DNA of 64,000 bases from Spirochaetota bacterium (lineage in GTDB: Bacteria; Spirochaetota; UBA4802; UBA5550), in NCBI GenBank assembly GCA_035403545.1, contig DAONFJ010000002.1, positions 14,867-78,866 on the forward strand, written 5' to 3'. Of this stretch, positions 27,260 to 36,986 are shown one piece after another; within the stretch, counting starts at the first letter, position 1; each line of letters begins with the position of its first letter. The translations under genes were made by a program, and so were the position numbers. The notes below the pieces were generated by a model. That model made no database searches and was not told the DNA's origin. It saw only the letters and a list, made by a program, of their open reading frames with translations.

Positions 27260-27859
27260 TTATTCCCCTTTAAAAATTTTTCGTGCAAAATCTGTAAGAA
27301 TCCTTGCAGTCATGCCCCAGATTGTAGTTTTTCCATAATCGTAAAAGTAAACATCAAACTCTTTTCCCTGATGGGTGATTTTTTCGCATTTATTATACTC
27401 TTCATTATAAAAAATAGAGAATGGAACCTCCAGCATTTCATCAATTTCATCTTTGCATACAATATATTCAGGAATTTTTCCCAGAGCTCCGACAAAGACA
27501 TAAACATGAAAACCCATTATTGAAATATACTCATCAAACTCACCGAGAATTTCAATCTCTTCCTGAGCGATGCCCACTTCCTCCATGGTTTCGCGGAGAG
27601 CTGTATCGAGGAAATTTTTATCAGTAGAATCATATCCGCCGCCGGGGAACGATACCTGCCCTTTGTGTGTTGAAACTTTATCGGTTCTCAGGGTAAGTAT
27701 AACATGCGGCTGACCTTCTTTTTCCATGAAGAGTATCATAACTGCGGATTTTCTGTATTCGGGAAAATCTATTGTTCTTTTTTTTCTTCCTGTTAATTTT
27801 CCGGTGATATAGTTTTTAAAAGCATTAAAGTCATCTGTACTGCTGAACTGCATGTTCAT
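27260..27859 (-). CDS. NUDIX hydrolase (CoA pyrophosphatase-like)
   Basis: Nudix box GGGYDSTDKNFLDTALRETMEEVGI. The ATG at 27859 is preceded by GGAGAGG. It overlaps the upstream gene's 3' end by 29 nt. Confidence 0.8.
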   Translation of the reverse strand: MNMQFSSTDDFNAFKNYITGKLTGRKKRTIDFPEYRKSAVMILFMEKEGQPHVILTLRTDKVSTHKGQVSFPGGGYDSTDKNFLDTALRETMEEVGIAQEEIEILGEFDEYISIMGFHVYVFVGALGKIPEYIVCKDEIDEMLEVPFSIFYNEEYNKCEKITHQGKEFDVYFYDYGKTTIWGMTARILTDFARKIFKGE

Positions 27860-28379
27860 AAATATCCTCTCCATACATATCGATTGCAACAACAACGGGA
27901 AAATCTTCGACAAAAAGTTCGTGAACAGCTTCAGACGCAAGATCATCAAAAGCTATTATCTTTGAAGACTTTATTCTTTTACTTAAGTATGCGCCTGCTC
28001 CGCCGAATGAACTGAAGTATACCGCACAGTATTTCTGAATCAGCTCTTTTGTATGCCGGTCTCTCTTCCCTTTGCCTATCATTCCTTTTATTCCCAGCTC
28101 AAGCATCATGGATGAGAAAGGGTCCATTCTCGACGATGTTGTGGGACCGGCTGCTCCGATAATCTCACCCGGTTTCGCGGGGGTCGGCCCGACGTAGTAT
28201 ATAAGTTCACCTTTAAGTTCAAAGGGAAGTATTTCTCCCGCAGCGGACATCTGTGCTATCCTTTCATGCGCCTTGTCTCTAGCGGTGAGCAGCTTTCCTG
28301 TTATCAGGCAGAGATCTCCGCATTTCAGGGTTTTAATTACATCACTGGAGAGAGGCGTAGTTATTTTTTTCCATTCCAT
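27831..28379 (-). CDS. Fe-S type hydro-lyase beta subunit (class I fumarate hydratase / tartrate dehydratase C-terminal domain)
   Basis: GKLLTARDKAHERI, GPTTSSRMD and GKGKR motifs. 1-nt overlap with the alpha subunit gene. Confidence 0.88.
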   Translation of the reverse strand: MEWKKITTPLSSDVIKTLKCGDLCLITGKLLTARDKAHERIAQMSAAGEILPFELKGELIYYVGPTPAKPGEIIGAAGPTTSSRMDPFSSMMLELGIKGMIGKGKRDRHTKELIQKYCAVYFSSFGGAGAYLSKRIKSSKIIAFDDLASEAVHELFVEDFPVVVAIDMYGEDIYEHAVQQYR

Positions 28380-29224
28380 CAGAGGATTCTCCTTCCTTTA
28401 CGGAATGAGTGGCAGTTTAAATTAAGTGCTACGGGGAGAGACGCAATGTGGGCCGGAGCTTCCTTTATATAAACTCCCGCGGCGCTGTTGTTACCACCAA
28501 AACCCATGGGCCCTATTCCCGTGTTGTTAACTCTCTCTAAAATTCTAATTTCAAGGTCTCTGTAAAAAGGATCGGGATTGTGATCGCCCGGATTTTTAAG
28601 GAGAGCTTTTTTTGCGTTCAGCATCGCCGCGTCAGCAGTGCCTCCTATCCCTATACCGAGAAAAATCGGAGGGCAGGGATTCGGTCCGGCTGCCGTAACA
28701 GTTTCTTCAATGAAATCAATTATTTTTTCAACGGAGTCTGTAGGACGGAACATCCTGAGCGCGCTCATGTTCTCCGAGCCGCCGCCTTTCAGCATAACAT
28801 CTATGGTGAGTGTTTTGCCCGGAACAATATCAGTATGGATGAATGCAGGTGTATTTGTACCGGTATTTTTTCTGCGCAGCGGATCTGCCACGATAGATTT
28901 TCTGAGATAGAATTTACTGTATGCTTCAGCGACTGCAGAGTTTACCGCGTCGTAAAGATATTCTCCGGTTATTTCAATTTCCTGCCCCAGTTCGAGAAAT
29001 ATAATGACAGAACCGCAATCCTGGCAGAGAGGAATTTTTTCCTCCTCTGCAATTTTAATATTTTCTATCAGTATGTTAAGAGTTTCAGCTGCCAGGGGTA
29101 ATGTCTCCCGGCTTCTCATCTCCGTAAAAATATTTTTAATTTCCGGCGGAGTTATAAAATTTGCATTGTAGATAAGCTCACTGATGGCTTTTCTGATTTC
29201 ATCTGTATGGATGGTTCTTTTCAT
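28379..29224 (-). CDS. Fe-S type hydro-lyase alpha subunit (class I fumarate hydratase N-terminal domain)
   Basis: CQDCGSVIIF cluster-ligand motif, GGGSENMS, typical length of 281 aa. Confidence 0.88.
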   Translation of the reverse strand: MKRTIHTDEIRKAISELIYNANFITPPEIKNIFTEMRSRETLPLAAETLNILIENIKIAEEEKIPLCQDCGSVIIFLELGQEIEITGEYLYDAVNSAVAEAYSKFYLRKSIVADPLRRKNTGTNTPAFIHTDIVPGKTLTIDVMLKGGGSENMSALRMFRPTDSVEKIIDFIEETVTAAGPNPCPPIFLGIGIGGTADAAMLNAKKALLKNPGDHNPDPFYRDLEIRILERVNNTGIGPMGFGGNNSAAGVYIKEAPAHIASLPVALNLNCHSFRKGRRIL

Positions 29225-29556
29225 AGGTTTAATTCTTCAGGTTATTTTAAGTATAGATTATTCGGGAGTCCGGATGTCAAGGAAAATTACATGATACATG
29301 TGCCATTCTGCATCACTCCCGAAGTTATTAAGTCTTTTGTAGATTGCAGTTGTTCTTTGTTGATTTTCCTCTGCTCCGGGGAGAGGGCGGTTCTTAAAAT
29401 GACCGCTGAAATTTGACGCGACGGGAAATTTCGATTTAACAGCAGGAGTAATTGTATCTTTTTCAGATGATACAGGAAGAGTTTCAGATTTTTATCCTTA
29501 TGGTGAGCAGCCGCTTCTTACGCAATGGCCCGGTATTCTTTCTGACAGGTTTTAAA

Positions 29557-31023
29557 TTACTCCGGCAGTGCTCTGCAGCATTCACCTTTTGGAACTGATT
29601 TCAGTGTATCAGGATTATATTCGCGGCATAGTTTTCCCAGGTAAACAATCGCTTTTCTGATTTTTTCGTTCCAGTACCCGGCGCTTATCCTCAGGCAGTT
29701 GTTGAACTTCGGCTTCATCGAAAAGAGGCAGCCCGGGGCTATGAGTATATTCTTTTTTAAAGCTTCATGATAAATATCGAGCGAATCGATTCCTTCGGGA
29801 AGGGTTATCCAGAGGAGAGTGCCCCCTTCAGGATCAGTAATTTTTGTTCCTTCGGGAAAGTTTTCCAGAATGCATGCTCTTACATCCGCCACCTGAATTT
29901 TAAGTGATTCACGGAGTTTTCTCATATGGCGGTCGTAACCCCCCTCTTTCAGGAAACGTGCTGCAGCGATCTGGTTGATCGCTCCGGTAGAGATGTTCAG
30001 CAGGGTCTTAAGCCCGTTTATTCCGTCAAAATACTTTTCTCCGGGCGCAATCCAGCCTATGCGGAGCCCCGGTGAAACTGTTTTTGTTATTGAAGAACAG
30101 TGGATCACGTTACTGGTTGTATCGTAAGCTTTGCATGCAGAGGGCCTGGTGTCAAAGTAAAGGTCTCCATATATATCATCCTCGATCAGTGTTACATTAT
30201 ATTTATCAAGGAGAGTTACCATTTCTTTTTTCTTGTCGTCGGGCATTGCGAAGCCTAACGGGTTATTGAAGTTTGAAATTGTGAACATTGCTTTAACAGG
30301 ATGATTTTCAAGGACGAACTTAAGTGTATCAAGGTTAACTCCATCCTTTTCCGATGCCGGTATTTCAATAAGTTTCAGGTTCAGGCGCTGAAGTAGCTGC
30401 AGCGAACTGAAATAGATAGGGCTTTCATAGATAAGCGTGTCACCCGGTTTGCAGACAGTCATCAGTGCCAGGAAGATTGCTTCATGGCAGCCGTTTGTTA
30501 TAATTATCTCTTCGGGATTAAGATTCATGCCGCCGGATAGGCTCATCCGCGCGATCTGTTTACGGAGCTCGGGATAACCAGGCGAAATGATATAACTGAA
30601 TGAATCGTGATTATGGTAGCGGAGAGCCTCCTGCATATACTTTCCCAGTTTATCAAGAGGCCAGAAATCAGGATGAATATTTGATAACCCCAAATTGAGT
30701 TCCGGGCTGTAATTGCCGGAATACTGGAAGGCGCCGTATATCTGGCACATCCCGACCTGCTGAGGGTCCATCAGCGACGGATCAAAGACTGATGGTTCAT
30801 GATACTTCGCGCTTTTTTTAACGTAAAATCCTGATTGCGGCACAGCTTCAATATGATTCTGTTTTTCGAGAGTCCAGTATGCTTCCTTTACGGTGTTTAC
30901 ACTTACTCCAAGCTCACTGCTCAGCTGCCGCATGGACGGGATTCTGTCCCCTTCCTTAAGAATGCCGTTCTGTATAAGGTTAAGAATTTTATCTGCAACC
31001 TGTTCATACCGTGTGGCCTTCAT
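29557..31023 (-). CDS. MocR/GabR-type regulator (GntR HTH fused to a class I aminotransferase-like domain)
   Basis: HTH GDRIPSMRQLSSELGVSVNTVKEAYWTLE. PLP-lysine block SSITKTVSPGLRIGW. The ATG at 31023 has GAGGTG upstream. Confidence 0.85.
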   Translation of the reverse strand: MKATRYEQVADKILNLIQNGILKEGDRIPSMRQLSSELGVSVNTVKEAYWTLEKQNHIEAVPQSGFYVKKSAKYHEPSVFDPSLMDPQQVGMCQIYGAFQYSGNYSPELNLGLSNIHPDFWPLDKLGKYMQEALRYHNHDSFSYIISPGYPELRKQIARMSLSGGMNLNPEEIIITNGCHEAIFLALMTVCKPGDTLIYESPIYFSSLQLLQRLNLKLIEIPASEKDGVNLDTLKFVLENHPVKAMFTISNFNNPLGFAMPDDKKKEMVTLLDKYNVTLIEDDIYGDLYFDTRPSACKAYDTTSNVIHCSSITKTVSPGLRIGWIAPGEKYFDGINGLKTLLNISTGAINQIAAARFLKEGGYDRHMRKLRESLKIQVADVRACILENFPEGTKITDPEGGTLLWITLPEGIDSLDIYHEALKKNILIAPGCLFSMKPKFNNCLRISAGYWNEKIRKAIVYLGKLCREYNPDTLKSVPKGECCRALPE

Positions 31024-31303
31024 TAGATTCACCTCTTCCATGTTAGGCTTACATCTCTGCACAAATAAATAAAGATACAGTTTTAATAAAATATAGGGAC
31101 ACAGTAATACTTTTTATGATTCTGTGATTGAATGAAAATCTACAACTGGCGCTTTAAATTAAAACCATTTTATTCTATTTTTATAAAAAAATCAGCAACG
31201 GCTTAAAGCGGACGGTATTTTTATTCTACACCGCACGGCGCGCCGGAGATCAGTTTTACCGGCGGTTCCGGGCCATTGCAGAAAACAGAGGGTGGTTAAC
31301 GCT

Positions 31304-31663
31304 ATGAACCGGACAAAAATAAAAGAAAAAAATCTGTTTATCGGGAAAGATGAGCATGTTTCATTCAGCGCAGGCGAGTTTAAAATCAGATGCATCAAAG
31401 GAGTAATATGGGTTACATGGCCATGGAGCGGTGATGTAATTCTGAAAGCCGGGGATGAGATATCTCTAAGAGCTGAGGGGACTCTCTGCATGAATGCTTT
31501 TACAGGCTCGTTAGTTGAAATTAATAAAAGAGAAATATTCACATGCGTTAAGGATATACCGCGGTTAATGCTGAAGAAAACTTTCAGGGCAGTACTGATA
31601 TACATAAAAAACGGAGAGAAAAATTCGGTATTCGGCGATTCTGTTCATTCAATAACCAGATAA
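31304..31663 (+). CDS. Small DUF2917-like protein
   Basis: IKGVIWVTWPWSGDVILKAGDEISL resembles the G.lWvT..g...D..L..Ge signature as I recall it. Divergent from the MocR gene. Confidence 0.4.
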   Translation: MNRTKIKEKNLFIGKDEHVSFSAGEFKIRCIKGVIWVTWPWSGDVILKAGDEISLRAEGTLCMNAFTGSLVEINKREIFTCVKDIPRLMLKKTFRAVLIYIKNGEKNSVFGDSVHSITR

Positions 31664-31770
31664 AAAACTGAAGACTGATACTGAGGTTTGTTGTATCATT
31701 TCTGTTCTTCATTTTAATAATCAGAAGCTGCGATAAATGAGACCGGATCTGTTATCAGAATATGCCTCTC

Positions 31771-33603
31771 TTAATTTAAATCAATATATTCAGGCCTGCC
31801 GAAATAATATCCCTGGCAGAAATGAATATTATTGTTCAGAGCAACCTGGTGCATCTCCCTGCTTTCGATATACTCAGCTACAATTTTTTTCCCCGCTTTA
31901 TGGCAGTAATCAGCTATGCTTTCTATCATGCTTAATGCATTGATATCTGACACTACTGATTTCATGAGCATGCCGTCTATCTTGACAATGTCTATTGAAA
32001 GATTAAGCAGCGTTGAAAAATTTGAAAAACCTGAACCGAAATCATCTATCGCCACCAGGCAGCCGAGTTCCTGCACGGTCTTTATGAATTTGCGGGACAG
32101 GTCAATTTCGACCAGCTCTTCACTCTCCAGTATTTCTATAATAAGATTTCCCTTCTGCTGCCTGATAATTTCGCATATCCTGATAACCTCCTCCATAAAA
32201 CCGGGATGTATGATATCGCCCAGAGTAATGTTGATCGAAACATCATTGCCTGTTTTCATGATGAAACTGCATGCGTTCCTGAGGACAAATCTTGTCAGCT
32301 GATTGTATAGTCCTGTATTTTTTGCAACAGGGAGATAGTCCAATACAGATTCATAAGCCCCTTTTTTTGTACGCACTCTTAATAGGGCCTCATACCAGAC
32401 TGTCTCACCTGTAACAGTATCAACAACCGGCTGATATACTGTTCTCAAAAAATCATTCCGGATGTTATCCAGAATCGTTGAATACAGTTCGGAAGATTTT
32501 CGAATATGTACCCTGTCATCATACATCTCATTATAAATATAAATATTGTGCAGCAGTTTATCAGCCATGCTGAGTGCAATATCAGCCCTTGATAAAGCAT
32601 CGGCTGTGTAATCAGCATGAATTTTTGCCGCGCCGATTCTGTAAGCAGGACAGAATTCCTGGTCTCTTTCAATCAGTTTTATCGACTGCAGCTCAAACCA
32701 CAACACATTCAGGAAATTCTCGACGTTCTGGCCAGATAAAATTTGAGAATCTTCCCTGATTAACAGTCCAAATTCATGCCCCAGGAGTTTAAAGCAGCTA
32801 TACCCGTCGCGCTGAGCTATTCCGCTGAGGGTCTTTGCAACAAACAGAAGAATTTTTTCGGCAATTTCATAACCAAAAAGAGATGAGAGTTCACTGAAAT
32901 TCTGTATACGTACAATTACGAGAACAAATCCTTTATTTACAGGGAAACTTTTAATCATTGTTTCTTTATTCGGGAGCCTGGTAGCTGCATCAAAAATAAG
33001 ATTTTTAATAAGGTTACTTAGATGTTTTTCGTTCTGCATCTGCCCTGAGAATAATAAAATAAAGATAATTATAATTGCCATTGCAACCATGAGCAGATGG
33101 TATTCCGGAAAAACAAGATTCCATGGAACAGCGGAGGAAAAAAAAGAAAGTATGAACGCAAGTGAAACAGATAGAAAAAAAAGGAGCGACCATACCGCTC
33201 CTTTTACAAGCCCTGCCAGCTGAAAAGCAAATGGCGCAAATACAATCATGATAAAAATACTAACCTGCCTGCTTTTGGGAAGGTAAGCTGCAAGAAAGAA
33301 TCCTGCAAATGCTATGCCGATAGTCAGGGACACTATTATCCTCGATGACCTGGAATAAAAAATGAATATAAAGACAGAAATAAGAATAACTAAAGGAATA
33401 ACATAATTCAGTATGTATCCTGTCTCACCATCTGCTAAATCAGAAAAAAGAAATACAGCTGGTATTGCTGCCGCAAAAAAATATGAAATTATGAGCAGCC
33501 GCCGGTTACTCTGAAAAATATCTGAAGCAAGCTTGATATACCATTCTGATTTTTTGTAATCATATTCTTCAGGCAGCTTAGATAAAAATATCTTATTAAG
33601 CAT
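31771..33603 (-). CDS. Membrane sensor with a degenerate GGDEF domain and an intact EAL phosphodiesterase domain
   Basis: About 7 N-terminal TM segments. LGHEF replaces GG(D/E)EF. EAL set intact: YEALLRV, EILESE, DDFGSGFSN, KIDG, AEYIES, QGYYFGRP. Confidence 0.85.
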   Translation of the reverse strand: MLNKIFLSKLPEEYDYKKSEWYIKLASDIFQSNRRLLIISYFFAAAIPAVFLFSDLADGETGYILNYVIPLVILISVFIFIFYSRSSRIIVSLTIGIAFAGFFLAAYLPKSRQVSIFIMIVFAPFAFQLAGLVKGAVWSLLFFLSVSLAFILSFFSSAVPWNLVFPEYHLLMVAMAIIIIFILLFSGQMQNEKHLSNLIKNLIFDAATRLPNKETMIKSFPVNKGFVLVIVRIQNFSELSSLFGYEIAEKILLFVAKTLSGIAQRDGYSCFKLLGHEFGLLIREDSQILSGQNVENFLNVLWFELQSIKLIERDQEFCPAYRIGAAKIHADYTADALSRADIALSMADKLLHNIYIYNEMYDDRVHIRKSSELYSTILDNIRNDFLRTVYQPVVDTVTGETVWYEALLRVRTKKGAYESVLDYLPVAKNTGLYNQLTRFVLRNACSFIMKTGNDVSINITLGDIIHPGFMEEVIRICEIIRQQKGNLIIEILESEELVEIDLSRKFIKTVQELGCLVAIDDFGSGFSNFSTLLNLSIDIVKIDGMLMKSVVSDINALSMIESIADYCHKAGKKIVAEYIESREMHQVALNNNIHFCQGYYFGRPEYIDLN

Positions 33604-33704
33604 TTAAATTCCCTGTTTTATTATTTATTGTTTTTTATACAATTTTTAATATAAGTTGCTGCAAATAGTCAAGCGGGATTATAAAAATTTTATCCTTCTA
33701 TGAG

Positions 33705-33751
33705 CCCTCAATATTCAGCAGATACTGGATAGTGAGAAAAAATATTGAGGG
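33705..33751. other. 11-bp perfect inverted repeat in the divergent promoter region
   Basis: CCCTCAATATT (33705-33715) and AATATTGAGGG (33741-33751), 25-nt spacer. Confidence 0.5.
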
Positions 33752-33968
33752 TGGGTAAAAAAAGAGAGAAGAAGAAATATAATAATTTATTTCTTCCGGC
33801 AGATCCGGGGGCATAAATAATTTTTTAAAATATCCTGTTAGCATTAACCGGTCTTATATTGCTTGACATTCCTGCCGGTATATAAGTTTTTTAAAATAGT
33901 TTTTATAATATTAATAGACGATAGAAAAGAGTGATGGAATATATAAAAAAAATTTCAGGAACAGATTG

Positions 33969-34694
33969 ATGAGCGGAACTTCATGCATAAAACTTTTAAT
34001 CTGTATCAGCCTGCTGTTAGCGGTTTCATGTACAACTGTAAGTATCTCTCCTGATGTAAATGTAAATGAACATTTAAAAGCAGAAAACAGGATAATGAAG
34101 AAAACTCTTACTCTTGTGGTGAGAGAGAACAGCGTATTAAAAGATGAGAACATTCAGTATAAGAGTGAGAACAGCGGCCTGAAAACCAGGAACAAACTGC
34201 TCGTATCGGAAATGGAATCTCTGAAAAAAAAGCATGAGCAGGATGTCGCTCTCCTCAATGAAAAATATGAGAACCTGAATAAAAAAAATATTATCCTGGA
34301 GCAGGAGAGTTCTTTAAAAATACAGGAACTCAACGCTATGAACAAAGCCCTGGAAGAGAAAATGACAGGTGAGATGACAAAGCTCAATGAGAATATCAGA
34401 AAGCAGGAGGAGACGTTCAATAAAGAACGTGCTTCAATAGAGACAGCTTTTTCCGCAAAAGAACTGGAATATCAGAAACAGATTGCACAGCTGAAAAATG
34501 ATAAAATCACGGTCAATATGGAACTTGAATCAATTAAGACCAGGCTCGCAGAATCCGATACAAATCTTAAATCTGTAAAGGACGACCTTCAGAGAAAGGA
34601 AGCTTTTATCAAGGAACAGAATGAGAAAATCAATTCCATGAACAGCACTGTTAATAAGAATGATTCAGCGGAAATAAAAACCGTGGCTCCGTGA
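33969..34694 (+). CDS. Coiled-coil lipoprotein
   Basis: Lipobox LLAVSC. The rest is heptad-like and E/K/N/L-rich. Its stop TGA overlaps the next gene's GTGATG start region. Confidence 0.7.
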   Translation: MSGTSCIKLLICISLLLAVSCTTVSISPDVNVNEHLKAENRIMKKTLTLVVRENSVLKDENIQYKSENSGLKTRNKLLVSEMESLKKKHEQDVALLNEKYENLNKKNIILEQESSLKIQELNAMNKALEEKMTGEMTKLNENIRKQEETFNKERASIETAFSAKELEYQKQIAQLKNDKITVNMELESIKTRLAESDTNLKSVKDDLQRKEAFIKEQNEKINSMNSTVNKNDSAEIKTVAP

Positions 34695-36847
34695 TGCGTC
34701 ATCAACCCGATATTTTAAACAACAGATCAAAACGCCTTCTGTTAGTAATAATTTTTTTTTCAACAGCATTACAGCTGTTTCTATTCTCTCCGCTTTATGC
34801 AGAGACAAAGTTTACACTGCTCCTTACATCAAATCTTCAGGGACGGTTTTCAACTGAAAAAGAAAATCAGGATGATACAGACCCCATGCTTCTTCTTGCG
34901 CAGTCCATTATAAAAGAAAGGAATAAATCCGGTTTTGACCTCTATCTGGACCTTGGGAATGCTTTTTATCCGGGCACACTTTCAAGATACAGTTACGGTT
35001 CAATAATGATGGATTTTTTCAGTTACTTTAAATGTGAGGCTACACTGGTTTCCTCCAGGGATATCAGCATAGGGCTCTCCAACCTTGAATTTCTTTCTCA
35101 GGGAAAAACAACAAAGATGCTTTCCGCGAACATTACAAAGGACAACCAGCCGGTGTTCACTCCTTATACTGTGATAAAACATTCAGGAAAAAAGATAGGG
35201 ATTATCGGAGTCTCATCATCGGATGGGCTTATTGATATAGCAGATAAAAGGATTCTTAATATTTCTTTCAGTGAGTATCGCGAGTCGATTAAAGAGAAAG
35301 CGGAAATATTGAAAAAAGAGGGATGTGACAATCTCATACTTCTTTCAGGGCTTTCGTACAGAAATAACCTGGAGCTTATGAGGGATATACCTGAAGTAAA
35401 TCTCATAATAAGCGGAGGTGATTCCACCGGAAGCCTTTTCTCAATTCCATCCTCACGGGTTGATCTTCAGTGGGGGAGATCTATTATTACGTTATTGCAG
35501 AACGACGGATATTACAGGCTTGACCTGGCACTGGGGGATGGGATCAGCGTTACAGCTTTGAATTTCAGCAAGCCGTCCAGATATGCAACGTCAGATCCGG
35601 AATATGATGAATTTACTAACAGGCTTTCTATCTGGAAAGATAATTATAAAGAGGAGAATTATCTTATAGCGGAGAATGTACCCGCATCAGTGATTACAGA
35701 TGAAACAGCGGCCAATATGCTGAGGCACAGGCATAGAAGTGAAATCGGTATTATTGAAAAATATTCCATACTTACACAAAAGTTATCCGGACCTCTTTAT
35801 TACTCGGCATTGATGACGCTTGTAAATGATGACTATCCTGTATTCAAATACCGGTTAACGGGAGCAGACCTGAAAAAAATTGAGGAGAGCGGCAGTGATC
35901 TTGTTATTACAGGCCTGGATAAAGGGAGGGTGCAGAGTTACCCTGTGGCGGACAAACAGACGTACAGTATATGTTCCACTCAATTTGCTTACGACAGGAT
36001 ATCAAGAATTCTCAGAAAACATGTTGAATACAGCAATACATGGAACACACTGCAGGATGAGATAGAAGACGACATGAAAACTGAGATGAATCTGACATCC
36101 GGCAACTTTGATTATCTTGAAGACAGGTTCAGAATACTTGTCGACATATCACTCTCCGGATTTTATGACAAATCGGTAATTGAGAGGGATGACAACATTG
36201 AAACCCCGCCCGGCCAGCCTGAAGAATCATACCTGCGGTGGGGGATGGAAGGTACGGCAAATCTGACAATATATAACAGGGACCATCAGCTGAAATTTAC
36301 ACCATACGTATATTATATAAAACAGGATGATGAGTACCTGCAGAATCTTCTCAGGGGAACCTTGCTGTATACCTACAGCCCAAACAGTTATGTAAGGCCT
36401 TACCACAAATCCCAGATCGATACAATTCTTGTCGAAGTTGAAGGAAGGCCTGTGCTCGCAAGGGAGACAGTCGGCGTATCTCTTTACACGGAAAGGGTGT
36501 CCGGTAAAATCGGTACAGGTTTTGAGAAACAGATTCAGGATCCCGAAACTCCCGGAGTCTACGGTATTGAAGCATTACTCGACGCCAGCCTGCCGTTAAC
36601 TGATGTAATGACATATACATTTAAACTCGACTCATTCATATCGCGCACGCGTAACAGCAGCAGTTCTGTTGAACTTGAAGCCCGGACTGAAATATCCAAC
36701 GCTCTTTCGTATAAGATTAACAGTATGCTTGGAGTATCGATGAGATACAAATGGTTTCGTCTTTACGCCAGTGATCCGCGGGAATCCTATAAATATTCCC
36801 AGACGCTTCTCTCTGTTGATCTTAATACAGATTTTAAATTATTTTAA
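34691..36847 (+). CDS. Secreted 5'-nucleotidase/metallophosphatase-fold protein with degenerate catalytic motifs and an outer-membrane-type C-terminal region
   Basis: Signal peptide. The order of blocks matches UshA-like enzymes but the residues are replaced (TSNLQG, LGNAFYPG, SSRDISIG, LLSGLS, ISGGDST). The C-terminal 250 aa have alternating patterns and end in ..DFKLF (terminal Phe). Confidence 0.6.
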   Translation: MMRHQPDILNNRSKRLLLVIIFFSTALQLFLFSPLYAETKFTLLLTSNLQGRFSTEKENQDDTDPMLLLAQSIIKERNKSGFDLYLDLGNAFYPGTLSRYSYGSIMMDFFSYFKCEATLVSSRDISIGLSNLEFLSQGKTTKMLSANITKDNQPVFTPYTVIKHSGKKIGIIGVSSSDGLIDIADKRILNISFSEYRESIKEKAEILKKEGCDNLILLSGLSYRNNLELMRDIPEVNLIISGGDSTGSLFSIPSSRVDLQWGRSIITLLQNDGYYRLDLALGDGISVTALNFSKPSRYATSDPEYDEFTNRLSIWKDNYKEENYLIAENVPASVITDETAANMLRHRHRSEIGIIEKYSILTQKLSGPLYYSALMTLVNDDYPVFKYRLTGADLKKIEESGSDLVITGLDKGRVQSYPVADKQTYSICSTQFAYDRISRILRKHVEYSNTWNTLQDEIEDDMKTEMNLTSGNFDYLEDRFRILVDISLSGFYDKSVIERDDNIETPPGQPEESYLRWGMEGTANLTIYNRDHQLKFTPYVYYIKQDDEYLQNLLRGTLLYTYSPNSYVRPYHKSQIDTILVEVEGRPVLARETVGVSLYTERVSGKIGTGFEKQIQDPETPGVYGIEALLDASLPLTDVMTYTFKLDSFISRTRNSSSSVELEARTEISNALSYKINSMLGVSMRYKWFRLYASDPRESYKYSQTLLSVDLNTDFKLF

Positions 36848-36986
36848 ATATAACACCGGCGATGGGCAGAGTTCAAACCTTCAGTGTTGTTTATCGTTTA
36901 TTGATTGTTTTATATTTAAATTAATTGAATAATCCTCCGGCAAATACTATTTTAATACAATCATTCACATAACAAACCGGGAAATT

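Noticed and set aside
28580-29101. 173-aa plus-strand ORF inside the fumarase alpha subunit gene
   Set aside because: It is antisense to a gene with clear class I fumarase motifs. The translation is R/C/F-rich and implausible.
29225-29556. 330-bp gap between the fumarase operon start and the MocR gene end, with a protein-like reading (..TGNFDLTAGVIVSFSDDTGRVSDFYPYGEQPLLTQWPGILSDRF*) and the 69-aa ORF 29207..29416
   Set aside because: The protein-like frame has no start codon and is only ~47 codons long. The 69-aa ORF overlaps the fumarase start and looks non-protein-like. It may be a gene remnant, but I cannot support a call.
31192-31605. 137-aa minus-strand ORF opposite the DUF2917-like gene
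   Set aside because: It has no motif and no SD. It spans the MocR/DUF2917 control region and is antisense to the ORF that carries a family signature and a GAGGGTGG SD.
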